This document shows, piece after piece, positions 1 to 14,447 of a stretch of 64,000 nt of DNA. The position numbers were made by a program, and so were the translations under genes. Within the stretch, counting starts at the first letter, position 1, and every line of letters starts with the position of its first letter. The stretch lies in assembly GCF_009914755.1 (NCBI RefSeq), contig NC_060926.1. One strand, 5' to 3'. The notes under the pieces are model-generated. The model did not search any database. It was not told the DNA's origin and saw only the letters and a program-made list of their open reading frames with translations. The stretch comes from the human T2T-CHM13v2.0 reference genome, Homo sapiens.

Positions 1-559
<559 letters not shown>

Positions 560-759
560 TAGTATTTTAAAAAACACAAATATCTTACAGTATTTTAAAA
601 ATATGTTATCCTACAGTATTTAAAAAACTAGAATTACACATTCTAATTTTGGGAGTGAGAGTGGATGAGACAGAAAAAAAAGAAAAATGACTTGAATGTC
701 TTTGGGGTTAGAATTGGTTAATCTTTATGTAAGTAACTGAAAATAGTATTTCCTTCTTC

Positions 760-3632
760 TGAATTTGGTTATGGTCAATTAGGTATTCTAGACCAAACCT
801 CCTGCTGAAAAATACTATACATACAGGATAAAAAATAGTTTTTAAAATTTTGAAAATATGAAACAGTAAGGAATTACTAGGACAACGTATCAAGAGGAAA
901 ATAGGGAGGTAACTAGTACAGCAGCAACGTCTACCCTGAGAGAATGTGACAATTTTGTCAAACTTAACATTTTACTTGATAGCCTTATGGAGTGAGCAAG
1001 AGAACCATATCGAAGCCCAAAGCATACCTAATGTAGAAAGTCTAGTAAAAGACTTAATCCCCAAATAAACTGGAATCCGAAAGGGCTAATCTCTCAAAAT
1101 AAATATGAACCACACCTAACAGAGCTGTTCCAGACCGTGAGCAATGAAGGCTTGCACTTCCTCGGTGGTCCAAGGAACCTCAGCATGGAATTTTATTTAA
1201 GGTTGTCCCTAACTAGTTGTGCCCTAGAGCCTGGCAATAACAAATGAAAATCCTCTTTGGAAGAACGTACCCTTACCCTAAATCTTAAAATATCAAGCTC
1301 ATTTTTTTTCTAAGTTCACTTGTCAGCACAAATAAGGTACCATATGACATAATAAGCCAAAATAATAAATGAACAAAAAATAGAAGTACAAATACATCAT
1401 ATATTTGAATACACAATAGATTATAAAATCTTTGCTTACTATGCTTAAAAAATAAAATTGATAAACTTGAAAATATTAGTAAAAAATATGAAGCTATAAA
1501 AGATGACAGAATAGATTTGAAGAAGAAACAGACTAAGAATAAAAAAATAGCTGAAATTTAAAAGTCAGTGCATAATGAGGGGGGTAGGAGTCCATCAGTA
1601 AAACAATATTGGCCATATATAAATAATGATTGAATGTGAATTACAATCATATCAGAATCATTTTATGATTCTTTTCTTTTTTCCTTGTGTATATATTTAA
1701 ACATTTCCATTGTTAATATTTTTTAAAAACCCTCCATTCATGAAATTAACAGCAAATTAGAGACAGCTGCAGAGAAAGTTAATGAACTGGACATTATCCG
1801 GAGTGCAGCATAAAGAATTAAAAAGAACATAAATAAGTAAATAAATAAAGTGAAGTTAAAAGACAGAGGATAGAGAGAAAAGGTCTACCATATTTTAAAT
1901 CAGAAATCCAGCAAGAAAGGAGAAAAAGAATGAGTCAGAGGCAATAATTGAAGAAATAATGGGTGAGAATTTTCAGAACTGTTAGAAGTGACCAATTCAC
2001 AATGCAAGGAACTTAGCAGATTTCAAGCAAGATAAATTAAAAATTCACACATTATAGTAAAACTGCAGAAAATCAAACATAAAGAAAACAATTTTAAAAG
2101 TAGCTGGGGAGAAAAGACACATTACAAGGAACAACAGTAGAACTGTTAGCTTACTTCTCAGTAACTACAATGACATTGTAGCTTTAAAGTGGTGAGAAAG
2201 ATAATTTATGATGTATAATTATATACCCAGTAAACTTGTTTTTTTTTAAAAAAAAGACAAAATAAGGAAGGTTTCAAAGAACAAAAACTTATGAAAAATT
2301 ATCATCAGTCAAATATGAACCACACCTAATAGAGCTGTCCTGTTATTATTAAAAGAAATTGCAAAGGATATATTCCAGGCAGAAACAAAATTATTTCAGA
2401 TGGAGGGTCAAAAGGTGCAAAAAACAATAGTTTTGACAAGTTAATTAAGAATGTTACAATTTCTAGTAAAACGATTAAAAGGATGAAACCAGATATGAAA
2501 AATAGAATGCAGGAAATGAGAGAGCTGATTTAAAACCGATAAAGAACAATAATTATACTAAGAGGAATGGAACTGGTCTAATTAAAAGGCACAGATTTTC
2601 ACGCTGAATGAGAGGGGAAAATGTCTGTATGCAGTTTATAAAAGACACACCTAAAACCTGTGACTGTGGAAAAATTTAAAATAAAGTGTCAGGAGAAGAT
2701 ATCATACAAATAATACTGGGTATTAGGAAGGTTGATTTTCCTACCTCAGACCACATGATCTAAAGGCCAGATGGTTAAGATTATTAAGATTACTTTATGA
2801 TAATAATAAAATGTATTAAGAAGAATAAACATTTTAAATCTGCATGCACTTATTAACATGACCTTAAATATATGAACCATAAAAATGACACAGCTAAAAG
2901 AAGAAATAAGCAAACCCGAGTCATAGGGGAAAATCATAACCTAACTTATCAGTAATGGATAGAAGAAACAGACAAAGTTGTTAGTAAGAATTTGTAAGAT
3001 TTTAATAATACAATTAACAAATTTAACCAAACGGACATACTGAACTATAAAACACTGTCTGTTATAAGTACATAATACACTTTCATCCCCCAAGCAATCC
3101 TGGAACATTTACAAAAATTAACCATATACTAGGCCTTAAGGATAAGTGTCAAAATTTTTAAATAACTAAAATAATAGAGCATATGTCTTCTTATTTCACT
3201 AAATTACTAGAAATAAGAAACAAACTGAAAAATCCCTATATGCTTCGAAAAAATTCAAGCCAGGGGCCAAAGCAGTCACAGAGTAAATCAGAAAAATATT
3301 TGGAAATACAATATATCAAAATGTGTGGGAAGCAGCTAAAGCAGCAGACAGAGCAAGAAGAAAGGCTGGAAATCTGGGTCGAGACACTTAAAAAAGAAGA
3401 GTAAAATAAGCCCAAAGAAAACATAGACACTATATTAATAAAATGGAAAACCGGCATATATTACACAGGATGAACAAAGATAAAAGCAAATTTTTAAAGA
3501 CCATATAATTGGTAACTCTCTGGAAAGAATGGTCAAGTAAGGAAAAAAATGAGAAGGCACAAATGATCCATATCAAGAATAAAAGGAGAAAAATTACGAA
3601 AGATGCTGAAGACATGCAAATTAACAAAACAT
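760..3632 (+). mobile_element. Ancient L1M (L1ME/MD-like): 5' region, ORF1 and ORF2 endonuclease remnants
   Basis: A-rich decayed L1 motifs: aacagcaaattagagacagctgcagagaaagttaatgaactgg (ORF1), tgcagtttataaaagacacacctaaa and cctggaacatttacaaaaattaaccatatactaggcc (ORF2 EN). Confidence 0.75.
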
Positions 3633-3961
3633 TAGGAATGGCAGCTGCAGTGTATTGAGAGATAGCGAGCTGAGAAGAAATTCAAACAGAAACTTCTTTT
3701 CTGTAACACACATTCATCTTGTTTGATCCCCAGAGTGTAATATGAAAATCCATGAACACCACCTATGTGAATATCATCATGTATGCTTTAGTAGCTGGAA
3801 AGCACAAAATAAAGTACCTTAAACAACAGGATTCTAGGTGACTTCTCTAGCAGGTAAAGGCACCAGATTGTCTTCTTAAAACCATCAAGATAGCTCAGCA
3901 GCCTGAGGTTTCAGTGTACATTACAGCAGGAGCCAAATTGAATATCATAAACCAAGGGAAA

Positions 3962-4162
3962 GAATGAGGCTTTTGGAGACTGGAAGACCTTGACTCTTAA
4001 AAGCAATGGAACTTTGGGGAAAGTTGCTTCATCTCCCTGAGTCTCTATTTCTCATCTGTCAGTATGAGTGATGTATTACCTAGTCACAAGGTTATTAAAA
4101 AGATAACATGCGATGATTCAGTAAAACATAGATTCTAGCAGATATTGGGTTTCAATAAATAT
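3962..4162 (+). mobile_element. MIR SINE
   Basis: MIR core: aagttgcttcatctccctgagtctctatttctcatctgtcagtatg, ending tcaataaat. Confidence 0.7.
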
Positions 4163-4485
4163 GACCTACATATGTTTTATCAATATTTGACAACAGTTAT
4201 ACATGTATCTATAATTACAGTATGGAAAATGAATATAAGAAAGCAAGGGAGGATATAGTGTTTCTTAAAAAGATATCCATTGCTCCAAGAAAACAACAGA
4301 AAACAAACCACATATCACTATGAAACTCTCTGTTGTAATAGCTTGTTTGAAATGCGCTAAAGTCTAAGAATTCTATTCTAACTGCCCTTAATAAATGACA
4401 CCTTGTGAAACTGGGTGCTGTGAAATTACACACAATGCAGAAATGAAATGAGATACTATCCTGGCTTTTAAAAAATAAAATTTGG

Positions 4486-4771
4486 CAAGTTGGGAGGCCA
4501 AGGCGGGCGGATCACGAGGTCAGGAAATCGAGACCATCCTGGCTAACGCGGTGAAACCCCATCTCTACTAAAAATACAAAAATTAGCCGGGCGTGGCGGG
4601 GGGCGCCTGCAGTCCCAGATACTCGGGAGGCTGAGGCAGAATGGCGTGAACCTGGGAGGCGGAGCTTGCAGTGAGCCGAGATTGCACCACTAAACTCCAG
4701 CCTGGGCGACGGAGCGAGACTCCGTCTCAAAAAATAAAGTAAAATAAAATAAAATAAAAAATAAAATAAAA
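4486..4771 (+). mobile_element. AluY, 5'-truncated, (TAAAA)n tail
   Basis: AluY diagnostics gagaccatcctggctaac and gaatggcgtgaacc...ggagcttgcagtgagccgag. TSD aaaataaaatttgg at 4472-4485 and 4763-4776. Confidence 0.95.
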
Positions 4772-5456
4772 TTTGGATGACTCTTTTAAATAGGAACGTG
4801 GTTTAAAGATCTTGTAATTTATCATAAACATTCTGGTTTAGATCTGTTAGAGAGGTTTGAAAGGAGAAACAATTGATGTTAAATGTAAGGGGAGCTGTAC
4901 CTAAGGAAAGGAGGCCCTGCCCCCGGCCCCTCTCTTCTGCAGGTGTTTGGTTCTTTTAAGTTTATTCACCTCTCAATTTGCCTTTACCTACATAAATAAT
5001 GCTATACAATGCTATATAATAATCTCTTGCATGTTCTTTTCCTTAGAACATTTGCCCATACAAATTTCCTTAAATGTGTGTACCTTGGCATCTGCTTATT
5101 TGACTGATTCCCCAACTCAAGAGAAGAGAACACAAGTATTCCTTTGTACTAGGATTGTAAACCAGATCCATCTTGGGCTTTTTTTTTTTTCCTGTGTTCA
5201 TGGGGATTTCCATATGTAATAAGAACCCTAGAGTTCACCTAAAGAAGAAATTGTTCCCAGGTGGGATCCCCAAAGCAACCTCTTCCTAAGGGGCCTGGAC
5301 GACATTGGCAGGTGAGCCACATAAGAGCCAGCCTCTCCTGAAGAAGATATTCAGTTGTTTTGTCATGACATGGATTAGTCTGATGATTGGTGAGGGGAAG
5401 CGATGAAGTGGAAGGACATTGCAAAAACGCTGCTGTGGAAGAAAGTAGGTTTTAAA

Positions 5457-5584
5457 TAGGGTGGATATATAATTTACCAGATTGGGATATGTTGAGGATA
5501 AAGAAGAGGCTATTCATAATTGTGCTGGGAAAACAGGTGTAAACCAGTACTATCCATGGTAAAATAGGACATATGGTCATCTCA
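5457..5584 (+). mobile_element. MER94-like hAT-Blackjack MITE
   Basis: Termini tagggtggatatat...atatggtcatctca form degenerate TIRs; internal ctattcataattgtgctgggaaaacaggtgtaaacc. Confidence 0.65.
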
Positions 5585-5694
5585 TTTTTAACTTTTGAAA
5601 ATATCTATCAAAATATAGGTCTTGAGCTAAAATTAAAATAGCACAGTGCCTCTTCCTAACCATATTTATTTAATGAGATGTTATGAAATGTTAT

Positions 5695-5870
5695 GAAATG
5701 AGTGGATTCTGGAGCTTGTCAGCTTGAGTCTAATTCCCAGCTATACCACTTACTAGACATGTAAAGCTCTGAGTCATTTGACCTATCTGTTTTCTAATAG
5801 TTTCATCTATGAAATGTGAGTGGTAATAGTAAAAACTACATCAGAGAGTCATTGCAAAGTTCAAATGAGT
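5695..5870 (+). mobile_element. MIR SINE
   Basis: ctggagcttgtcagcttgagtctaattcccagctataccacttactag...tttcatctatgaaatg core. Confidence 0.7.
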
Positions 5871-5872
5871 AC

Positions 5873-6312
5873 TGTGTTTGTCATGGCATTACTCAACTTT
5901 CGCTGTGGTGACAAGGAACCCCAAATCTAATTGGCTTACAACATTTATTTCTTGCTTACGTTATTGGAAGGCCGTGGGCTGGCTGGGTCCTAAGTAGGCT
6001 CCCTTTGACTCAGCTGGGCTTGACTCAGTATCACATGTCTTTTTATTCCAGTCCTAATCTGAAAGAGAAACACTACCAGGCCTCAATGTTCTCTTGATGA
6101 GGGCAGAAGCCCAAAGAGATAGCGAGAAACCTTGTTAATTCATTTAAAGCTCCTGCTTTGGCAAAGTATATTTACACCCACTAACATTACATCATCGAAG
6201 CAAGTCATCAATCTAAGACCCCAATTAAGAGGGTAGTGACAGGCGCTCTGCCTACCGGGAGGCAGGCAAGAGTGAGCCATGAGTGAATACTTGAACAAAT
6301 TATACCATCCAC
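5873..6312 (-). mobile_element. MLT1 (old MaLR LTR, MLT1J/K/L-like)
   Basis: ctgtggtgacaaggaaccccaaatctaattggcttacaacatttatttcttgc and aagcaagtca motifs typical of antisense MLT1. Confidence 0.65.
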
Positions 6313-6552
6313 TTTAAAATTTAATGCAATTCTCGGTATCTAATAAGCATCTCTACAGGTGTTAAGTGCTGCTGTTAGCAATAAATGTACACATAACTAT
6401 GCTTGAGTTCCTATTAAGTGACAATATTGTTATACATCATGCAATGACTAAGACCTCAATGTTGGTGATTGTGTTTACATAAGAGAAGCAATAAATGCAC
6501 AAACAAGAGCAATGTGAATTATTTAGTGCTATGTAGAGAATTAAAATGGGCT

Positions 6553-6782
6553 CCAGTACAGACATGTGCTTGCACCAGCTTGTGAGAGCCAATTGCATGC
6601 ATTGCTTCCAAACCCTGCTTTTGGGGATTGATTATGTGTCAATAGTTTGAAATGGACACGACAGTCGTGTTTACAACATGGACATTGGCTAATGCTATAA
6701 ATCAGATAATATTTACTTATTTACTTTTAAAAAAATTTGGCTGAAGGGAGATCTGGTTGTTAAACATTTATGAGTACACTAT
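6553..6782 (+). mobile_element. MER63A-like hAT MITE
   Basis: ccagcttgtgagagccaattg...gtgtttacaacatggacattggctaatgctataaatcag...ctggttgttaaacatttatgagtacact. Confidence 0.65.
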
Positions 6783-6854
6783 AAGTCATGTAAATCTTTC
6801 CTCTTTTCCCACCTCCCTTTCTAATGTGGCCCAACAGTGCAGGGCGATGGCAGC

Positions 6855-7377
6855 ATAAACCAAAAATAAAATTCTAAGCCCCCTAGCCAATTAAAAGGAT
6901 CCTTCCTCTCAGCCTAGGACATTCTTTTTTTTTTTTTTTTTTTTTTTTTTTGAGACGGAGTCTCACTCTGTCGCCCAGGATGGAGTGCAGTGGTGCAATC
7001 TCGGCTCTGCAAGCTCTGCCTCCCGGCTTCACGCCATTCTCCTGCCTCAGCCTCCCAAGTAGCTGGGCCTACAGGCGCCCCCCCACCACGCCCGGCTAAT
7101 TTTTTGTATTTTTAGTAGAGACGGGGTTTCACCGTGTTAGCCAGGATGGTCTCAATCTTCTGACCTTGTGATCTGCCTGCCTCGGCCTCCCAAAGTGCTG
7201 GGATTACAGGCGTGAGCCACCGCGCCCGGCCCAGCCTAGGACATTCTTAAGCTAACCTGAAAAAAACTAATTCAGGCCATAATGGGAAGTAGGGGTTGAA
7301 CATGCCTCATTATACCGTCTTCCCTTTGGAATTCAGGCACAGCTGTCCAGCTTTAACATTAAAACAGAAACCTTAAG
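6855..7377 (+). mobile_element. MER4-group ERV1 LTR fragment interrupted by an AluY
   Basis: taaaccaaaaataaaattctaagcccc...aattcaggccataatgggaag...catgcctcattatacc...ggaattcaggcacagctg. Confidence 0.75.
6927..7231 (-). mobile_element. AluY, full length, with pure polyA tail
   Basis: Antisense AluY (caccgtgttagccaggatggtct). Perfect 17-bp TSD cagcctaggacattctt at 6910-6926 and 7232-7248. Confidence 0.97.
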
Positions 7378-8656
7378 CAAAGCTTTCAAACTAATGAAGA
7401 CCACTGCACAGTTCCACATATTTTGTTTTGTTTTCTTTCTTATGTTATTTTTTTCTTCCCTGGTTTCTGGCTGACTTGAAGGTGCTGACTACCTCCTTTC
7501 GTTTCCTCTAACTAACCTTGGTGCCTGGCCCTCCTCCTCTCCAATGTTTCTTCCTCTGAGGCATACTTAGCTCTCAGTATTCTCCTTTTACCTGTGTCCT
7601 TCTAAAGAAGATCACTATCACTATTTTAAAATGCCTTTGTTTTTGTTCCCCATCTGCCTTTTTTAAATTTATTTTCCCCTTTTATTATTTTTTAACTTCA
7701 AAACAATTCTTAAAACATTAAAATTCTTTCTATAATTGTAATTACCCGTAATAAAGTATGTAAACATCACTTGCTCTCATCCCTTCTTCCTCCAAAGGAC
7801 TTCATCCTTTTAATTGAGAATGAGGTTACTTCAGCCAGATGCAGTATTAATTCACCACCACAGGCACTATTACCTATTTCTTTTTTCCATTGTTATCAGT
7901 GTGGACAAGATTTTCTCATTAATTTAATTTTTTGCCCATACATTAAGTTTCAGTTTTCTTATTATTTAGTTACCTGGAGCCTAAAAATAATCTTCCTTGT
8001 TTCTTTAACGTTATGACAGTGGAATATCAAGGGTAGAGTAGAAGGAATGGCCTGCTCAAGTATAGCCAATAAGGATGTACATTGTCTTTAAAGAATTTAA
8101 ACATAATGATCAAATCAACTAAAGGAACTCTGCAGTCTGGAGTGTTAATGTTTGTCTAATGCATTTCTGAAGAGCCTGCACTAATAGATCTTTGAGCACG
8201 CGTGACTCACTGTCTCCTCTGAATATAATGTACACTGTTCTGCCACAGGCATCATCAACCTGACCAACCTGTGTGGCTATCCATGTGTCACATGAGGCCC
8301 ACCCACTTCAAGGAGTCATTTCTGTACTTCCCTGAAGATGGAGAGAATGCCATTTTGATTTACCTCTCACACAGTTTCCCCGATGACCTAATCCTTATGC
8401 ATTAAGATGTCTGTTTCAACTCCCACTATGGTTGCAAGGGATGCTTCTTCTTCCCACCCCAGATACCCACCTTTCCCATCTTATTCTCCCTCTGCCTGTC
8501 TCATCTATTATCTCTTACAGTTTTAAGTCATGGACGATCATCCCTGTCACCCCTGATACTTGACAGCATTCTCCACAATCTTACAGGTTAGGCTGGGCCT
8601 GCAAATTAAAAATCATCATACTGGTCCAAAAGTAAAGAGAAGCCTGGGTTACCAAC

Positions 8657-8891
8657 AGGGCCAGGTCTCAGATAAAGCAAGTGAGTCACTTACCTGGGAC
8701 ACAAAATTTAAGGAAATGGTAAGAAACTCGGTAATTAAGGTAAATAATGTGTTAATGCAATATTTTAAAACAATTGAAATTAATGCAAAAAATCCATGAT
8801 GAACAAAATATCAAAATCTGTAATAAAGACAGGGTCACAGTACTGATTTTCCCTTTTGGCTCAGGTTCCAATATAGTTTGACACAGCACTG
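8657..8891 (+). mobile_element. hAT (Tip100-like) non-autonomous DNA transposon
   Basis: cagggcc...gcaagtgagtcacttacctgggacacaaaatttaagg...atgcaaaaaatccatgatgaacaaaatatcaaa...gcactg. Exact family name uncertain. Confidence 0.55.
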
Positions 8892-8929
8892 GTTACAACA
8901 TTCAGTTGTAAAAGATACAGCAAGAAAAA

Positions 8930-9860
<931 letters not shown>

Positions 9861-9867
9861 GTGAAAT

Positions 9868-10768
9868 CATGATATAATGATAAATATAAATTTGTTATTT
9901 GTCCTAGGTTCCTGGCACAAAGCTCCTTGAATCCTTGTCATTTTCTGAGTGATAGGGGTAATAAAAGCGTCATCTGTTATAATATTTAGTCTTACTCCCT
10001 GGGTTCCTGACAGAAGAGCATCTAAGACCCTTGGCATCTCTGGAGTGATGAGAGTGTCTTTTGTGTGCTGATGAGATGACTGGTAGCTAGGACACCTAGA
10101 TAGCTTCAGGATGGGGGCTGGCCATGAGAAAGACCTAGGCACGTTTAGAGGATTGGAACTTTCAGCACTACCCTTGACATCCAGGAAGGGGAGAGTGACT
10201 GGAGATTGAGTAAATCACCAATGCTCAATGATTTGATGAATCATGCTTATAATATGGAGCCTTCATACAAGCCCTCAGCGATGGAATTCAGGAACCGTCT
10301 GGGTTGGTGAAGACATCTAAGTGCTGGGAGAGGGGTCCACCCAGAGAGGGCATGGAAGCACCACACCCCTTCCCACATACCTTATCCTGTCATCTCACTT
10401 ATTTGGCTGTTTCTGAGTTGTATTCTCTATAGCAAACCAGCAATAGTAAACGGTTTTTCTGAGTTCTGTGAGCCATTTTAGGACATTATCAAACTTAAAA
10501 AAAAGGTCTGGGAACCCTCAACTGATATCCAGTTGGTCAGAAGTACGGAAAGCCCTGGCCTTGTGATTGCAATCTGAAGTGAGAGCAGTCTTGTGGGGCT
10601 GAGCTCTTCACTTGTGGGACCTGACATTAACTCCAGGTATACAGTGTCAGAATTGAATTGCAGGATGCCCAGTTGGTGTTGGAGAATTGGTTGCTGTGGG
10701 AATTACAGAAATCCCTACCACATTTGGTGTCAGAAGTATACTGTGTCTAGAAACAGATTATAGCAGCA
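9868..10768 (+). mobile_element. MER21-family LTR (solo)
   Basis: gttcctggcacaaagctcctt repeated as gttcctgacagaagagcatct; ends aattgaattgcaggatgcccagttggtgttggagaattgg...tttggtgtcagaagt. Confidence 0.8.
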
Positions 10769-11419
10769 AATATCCTGGAAAGTGTAGTTGGGTTGTAGAG
10801 AATTTTGGGTCACCCTCTTGATATTTATAGGCCTGAATTTAAGGTGATATTAGCCAGCCTGGAGAGAACAGAGGCACCATAGAGTTGCCAGGATGCAGAT
10901 GAATAGTTGGGTGAGAATATGTGGCCAGTGGCATCCAGAACCAAGTAAGCTCTTCCAAAAATCTTCAAGCTAGCTTGCTCTCCATCATTGTTTCACTGGA
11001 CCAGTGGCTTTGAAACATGTAACCATTAAGGAAAATATAATAATCAGTGTGATAGTTAATTTTATGTTTATCATGGCTGGGCCATGGTGCCCAGATATCT
11101 GGTCAGCCGTTATTATAGGTGTTTCTGTAAAGGTGTTTTGGATGAGATCTGCTTTACATTTAAATCTGTGGATTTTGAGTAAAGCAGATTGCCCTCTGTA
11201 ATGTGGGTGGGCCTCATCCGATCAGTTAAAGGTCTGACTAGAATGAAAGCCTGACTTCTCCTGAGCAAGAGGGAATTCTGCCAGCAGATGGCCCTTGGAA
11301 TTCATCTGCAACATTGGCTCTTCCCTTGGTTCTACAACAGGCTGCCTTTAGACTCAAACTGTAACTTTTTCCAAATATCCAGCTTGCCAGCTTCCCCCAT
11401 CAGATTTTGGACTCACCAA

Positions 11420-11504
11420 GACATACATATATATACACATTTATATATATGTATGTATACACATACAAATATATATACTAATATATACTTTTCTATATGT
11501 ATAA

Positions 11505-11560
<56 letters not shown>
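11420..11560. repeat. TA-rich low-complexity tract ending in (TA)n
   Basis: Direct inspection; pure (AT)n at about 11517-11560. Confidence 0.95.
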
Positions 11561-11563
<3 letters not shown>

Positions 11564-11581
11564 AGCCAATTCTTTTGTTAT

Positions 11582-12113
11582 TGTGATGGTTAATATTGAG
11601 TGTCAACTTGGTTGAATTGAAGGATGCAAAGTATTATTTCTGGGTGTGTGTGTGAAGGTGTTGCCAAAGGAGTTTAACACTTGAGTCAGTGGACTGTGAA
11701 AGGTAGACCCACCCTCAATCTGGGTGGGCACCATCTAATCAACTGCCAGCACTGCTAGAATACAGCAGGCAGGATAAAGTGGAAAGAGTTGACTTGCTGA
11801 GTCTTCTGGACTTCATCTTTCTCTCATGCTGGATGCTTCCTGCTGTTGAACATCTTCAACTTTTGGACTCTTGGATTTACACCAGTGGTTTTCCAGGGGC
11901 TCTCAGGCTTTCAGCCACAGACTAAAGGCTACACTCTCAGCTTTCCCCTACTTTTGAGATTTTGGGACTGACTTCCTTGTTCCTCAGCTTGCAGATGGCC
12001 TATTGTGGAACTCCACCTTGTGATTGTGTGAGTCAGTACCCCTTAATAGAGTCCCTTTCATCTGTACATCTATCCTATTATTTCTGTCCCTCTAGAGAAC
12101 CCAGACTAATACA
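11582..12113 (+). mobile_element. MLT2A-like (HERV-L) solo LTR
   Basis: Starts tgtgatggttaatattgagtgtcaacttg, ends ctagagaacccagactaataca (TG...CA termini). Confidence 0.9.
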
Positions 12114-12145
12114 ATCATCATGTGAGCCAATTCCTTAAATCTCTC

Positions 12146-12182
<37 letters not shown>

Positions 12183-12196
12183 TAGATAGATGATAG

Positions 12197-12240
<44 letters not shown>
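12146..12240. repeat. Compound (AGAT)n tetranucleotide microsatellite
   Basis: Two long AGAT runs separated by an imperfect spacer. Confidence 0.97.
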
Positions 12241-12241
<1 letters not shown>

Positions 12242-12356
12242 TAAGTATACATATACACACATACATACAATCACCTGTGTTAGAAAGTAAGGTGAGATGG
12301 ATGCTTGCATAGATACAGAACATAGATATAATAAATGACAATGATACTTTCTGAAA

Positions 12357-12608
12357 CAATTAAATGAAGTATTACTAATCACCACAAAACATCATCGTTT
12401 TATATAAAGTATCATTTATTGCAGACACATCGAGACTCCTTCATCTTCTTTTTGTTTTTCATTTAATCTTTCAAGCTACCCCAATTAAATGAAGTATTAC
12501 TAATCACCACAAAACATCATCGTTTTATATAAAGTATCATTTATTGCAGACACATCGAGACTCCTTCATCTTCTTTTTGTTTTTCATTTAATCTTTCAAG
12601 CTACCCCA
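12357..12608. repeat. Perfect 125-bp tandem duplication
   Basis: 12357-12481 is identical to 12482-12606, with CA microhomology at the junctions. Confidence 0.97.
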
Positions 12609-14061
12609 TGAGTGGGATAGAGAAAATTCATTCACTTTCAGGTGAGAATACTGAGGAACAGTGCATTGGTATCTTTTGAAAATTGTCATTACATTTTACT
12701 TATTTGCACTTTTAGAAATTCAGTTTTGCTTTGGAAACTATATTGTATAGCTTGCTGGATTAGATAAAATTTGAGATTAGCTTTTAATTATTACTTTTCT
12801 TCACATATGGATAAGCGTTTTACTTAAAAGTGTACAAATCAGTATAAAAATTGGTGGTGAGAGGTTGCTGATTCTCAGCCAAGTGGAAAATACATCACTG
12901 ATATTTTTATTTCTTATGAAATAAATACATGTGCACCCCAGTTGTAAGAGTGGGTGAGACTGTGCTGTAAAGCGAAGCACATTGTAGATGATGTGGAGTG
13001 ACCTAGTTTTCTGAGCAGAAACCTCCAGTGTTAGATTTATGAAGACGCAGCCTTCAGAACTCAAGTGATGAAGAGTTATTTGCATCAGGATATAAAAACA
13101 TCATTATCCCACATCCTAAGTGATATAAATGGAGACACCAAGAAAATGACTTCTTGTTTGTAAACCAAAAGTATCTAAAAGCAGGAGAAAATGCCTCTTC
13201 AGCATTTGCTTCCCTATTTAACAAAAAGAAGATAAGGTGTAGATAGAAAAGGGCCAAACTTCTTGCATATAGGTCCAGCCAAAAAAGAGAATCAGTCAAT
13301 AGTTTGGGAATGAAATGACACAAAACAGTATGTGGCAATAGCTTTAAAGAAGAGAATAAACCAGAGGCGGACATAAAGGGGCATGCAGGCAAGTACCTGT
13401 CCAGAGAGGAGACATTGAAGCGGGAGCTTAGAAAAGTGAGATATTGCAGGGATAATGTTTCTCCAGTTTTTGCATGCTATTTAATTCTATTGAATAATTT
13501 TATTTAATTCAACTAAGCATATTTAATAAGACATGGTTTCAGATGTTTAGTTTTGATAGTCTTTTGACTTGTACATTTGAAACAAGTCTGCTTATTAATA
13601 GCAAAGTTGTTAAGTTGGATCTCACTTCCCATGTATTGCTGAATTTTCTCTGGCAATTTCTCCAAAGGAAAGATCCTCAAGAGCCTCCTCTGTGACTCTG
13701 TTAGTACCTTTAGCAGGGCTGAGAATTTGAACCAAAGTTCAAGGGATTGTGGCAGCTGTGGTGTGATCATGGGAAGAGAAAAACAGGAATTTAAAAAGAA
13801 TACAAATAAGAAAATTATGGATGGGGAACAGATTAGTGGTTCTCAGGAAGTGGCTGTGGCCATAGAAGGGTAGCAGGAGTGGTCTGCTGAGGGAGCTGTT
13901 TTGGTCCCTGACTGAAGTGGTGTTCACATGAACCTATACATGTGCTAAAACTGCACAGAACCAAATACACATGCAAATGAATGCATGCAAAACTGGTGAA
14001 ACCTGAAGAAAGTCTATGGATTGTATCAATGTCAAATTCCTGATTACGATATTATACTATA

Positions 14062-14397
<336 letters not shown>

Positions 14398-14447
14398 TAG
14401 TTTTGCAAGATGTTACCACTGGGGGAAACTGGATGAATGGTATAGGG

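Larger units (their letters stand above)
11048..12146 (+). mobile_element. MLT2 (ERVL) LTR, older subfamily (MLT2B-D-like), split by a (TA)n tract and a nested MLT2A
   Basis: tgtgatagttaattttatg...ggtgcccagatatctggtca...gagtaaagcagattgccctc...gtgagccaattccttaaatctctct. Confidence 0.8.
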
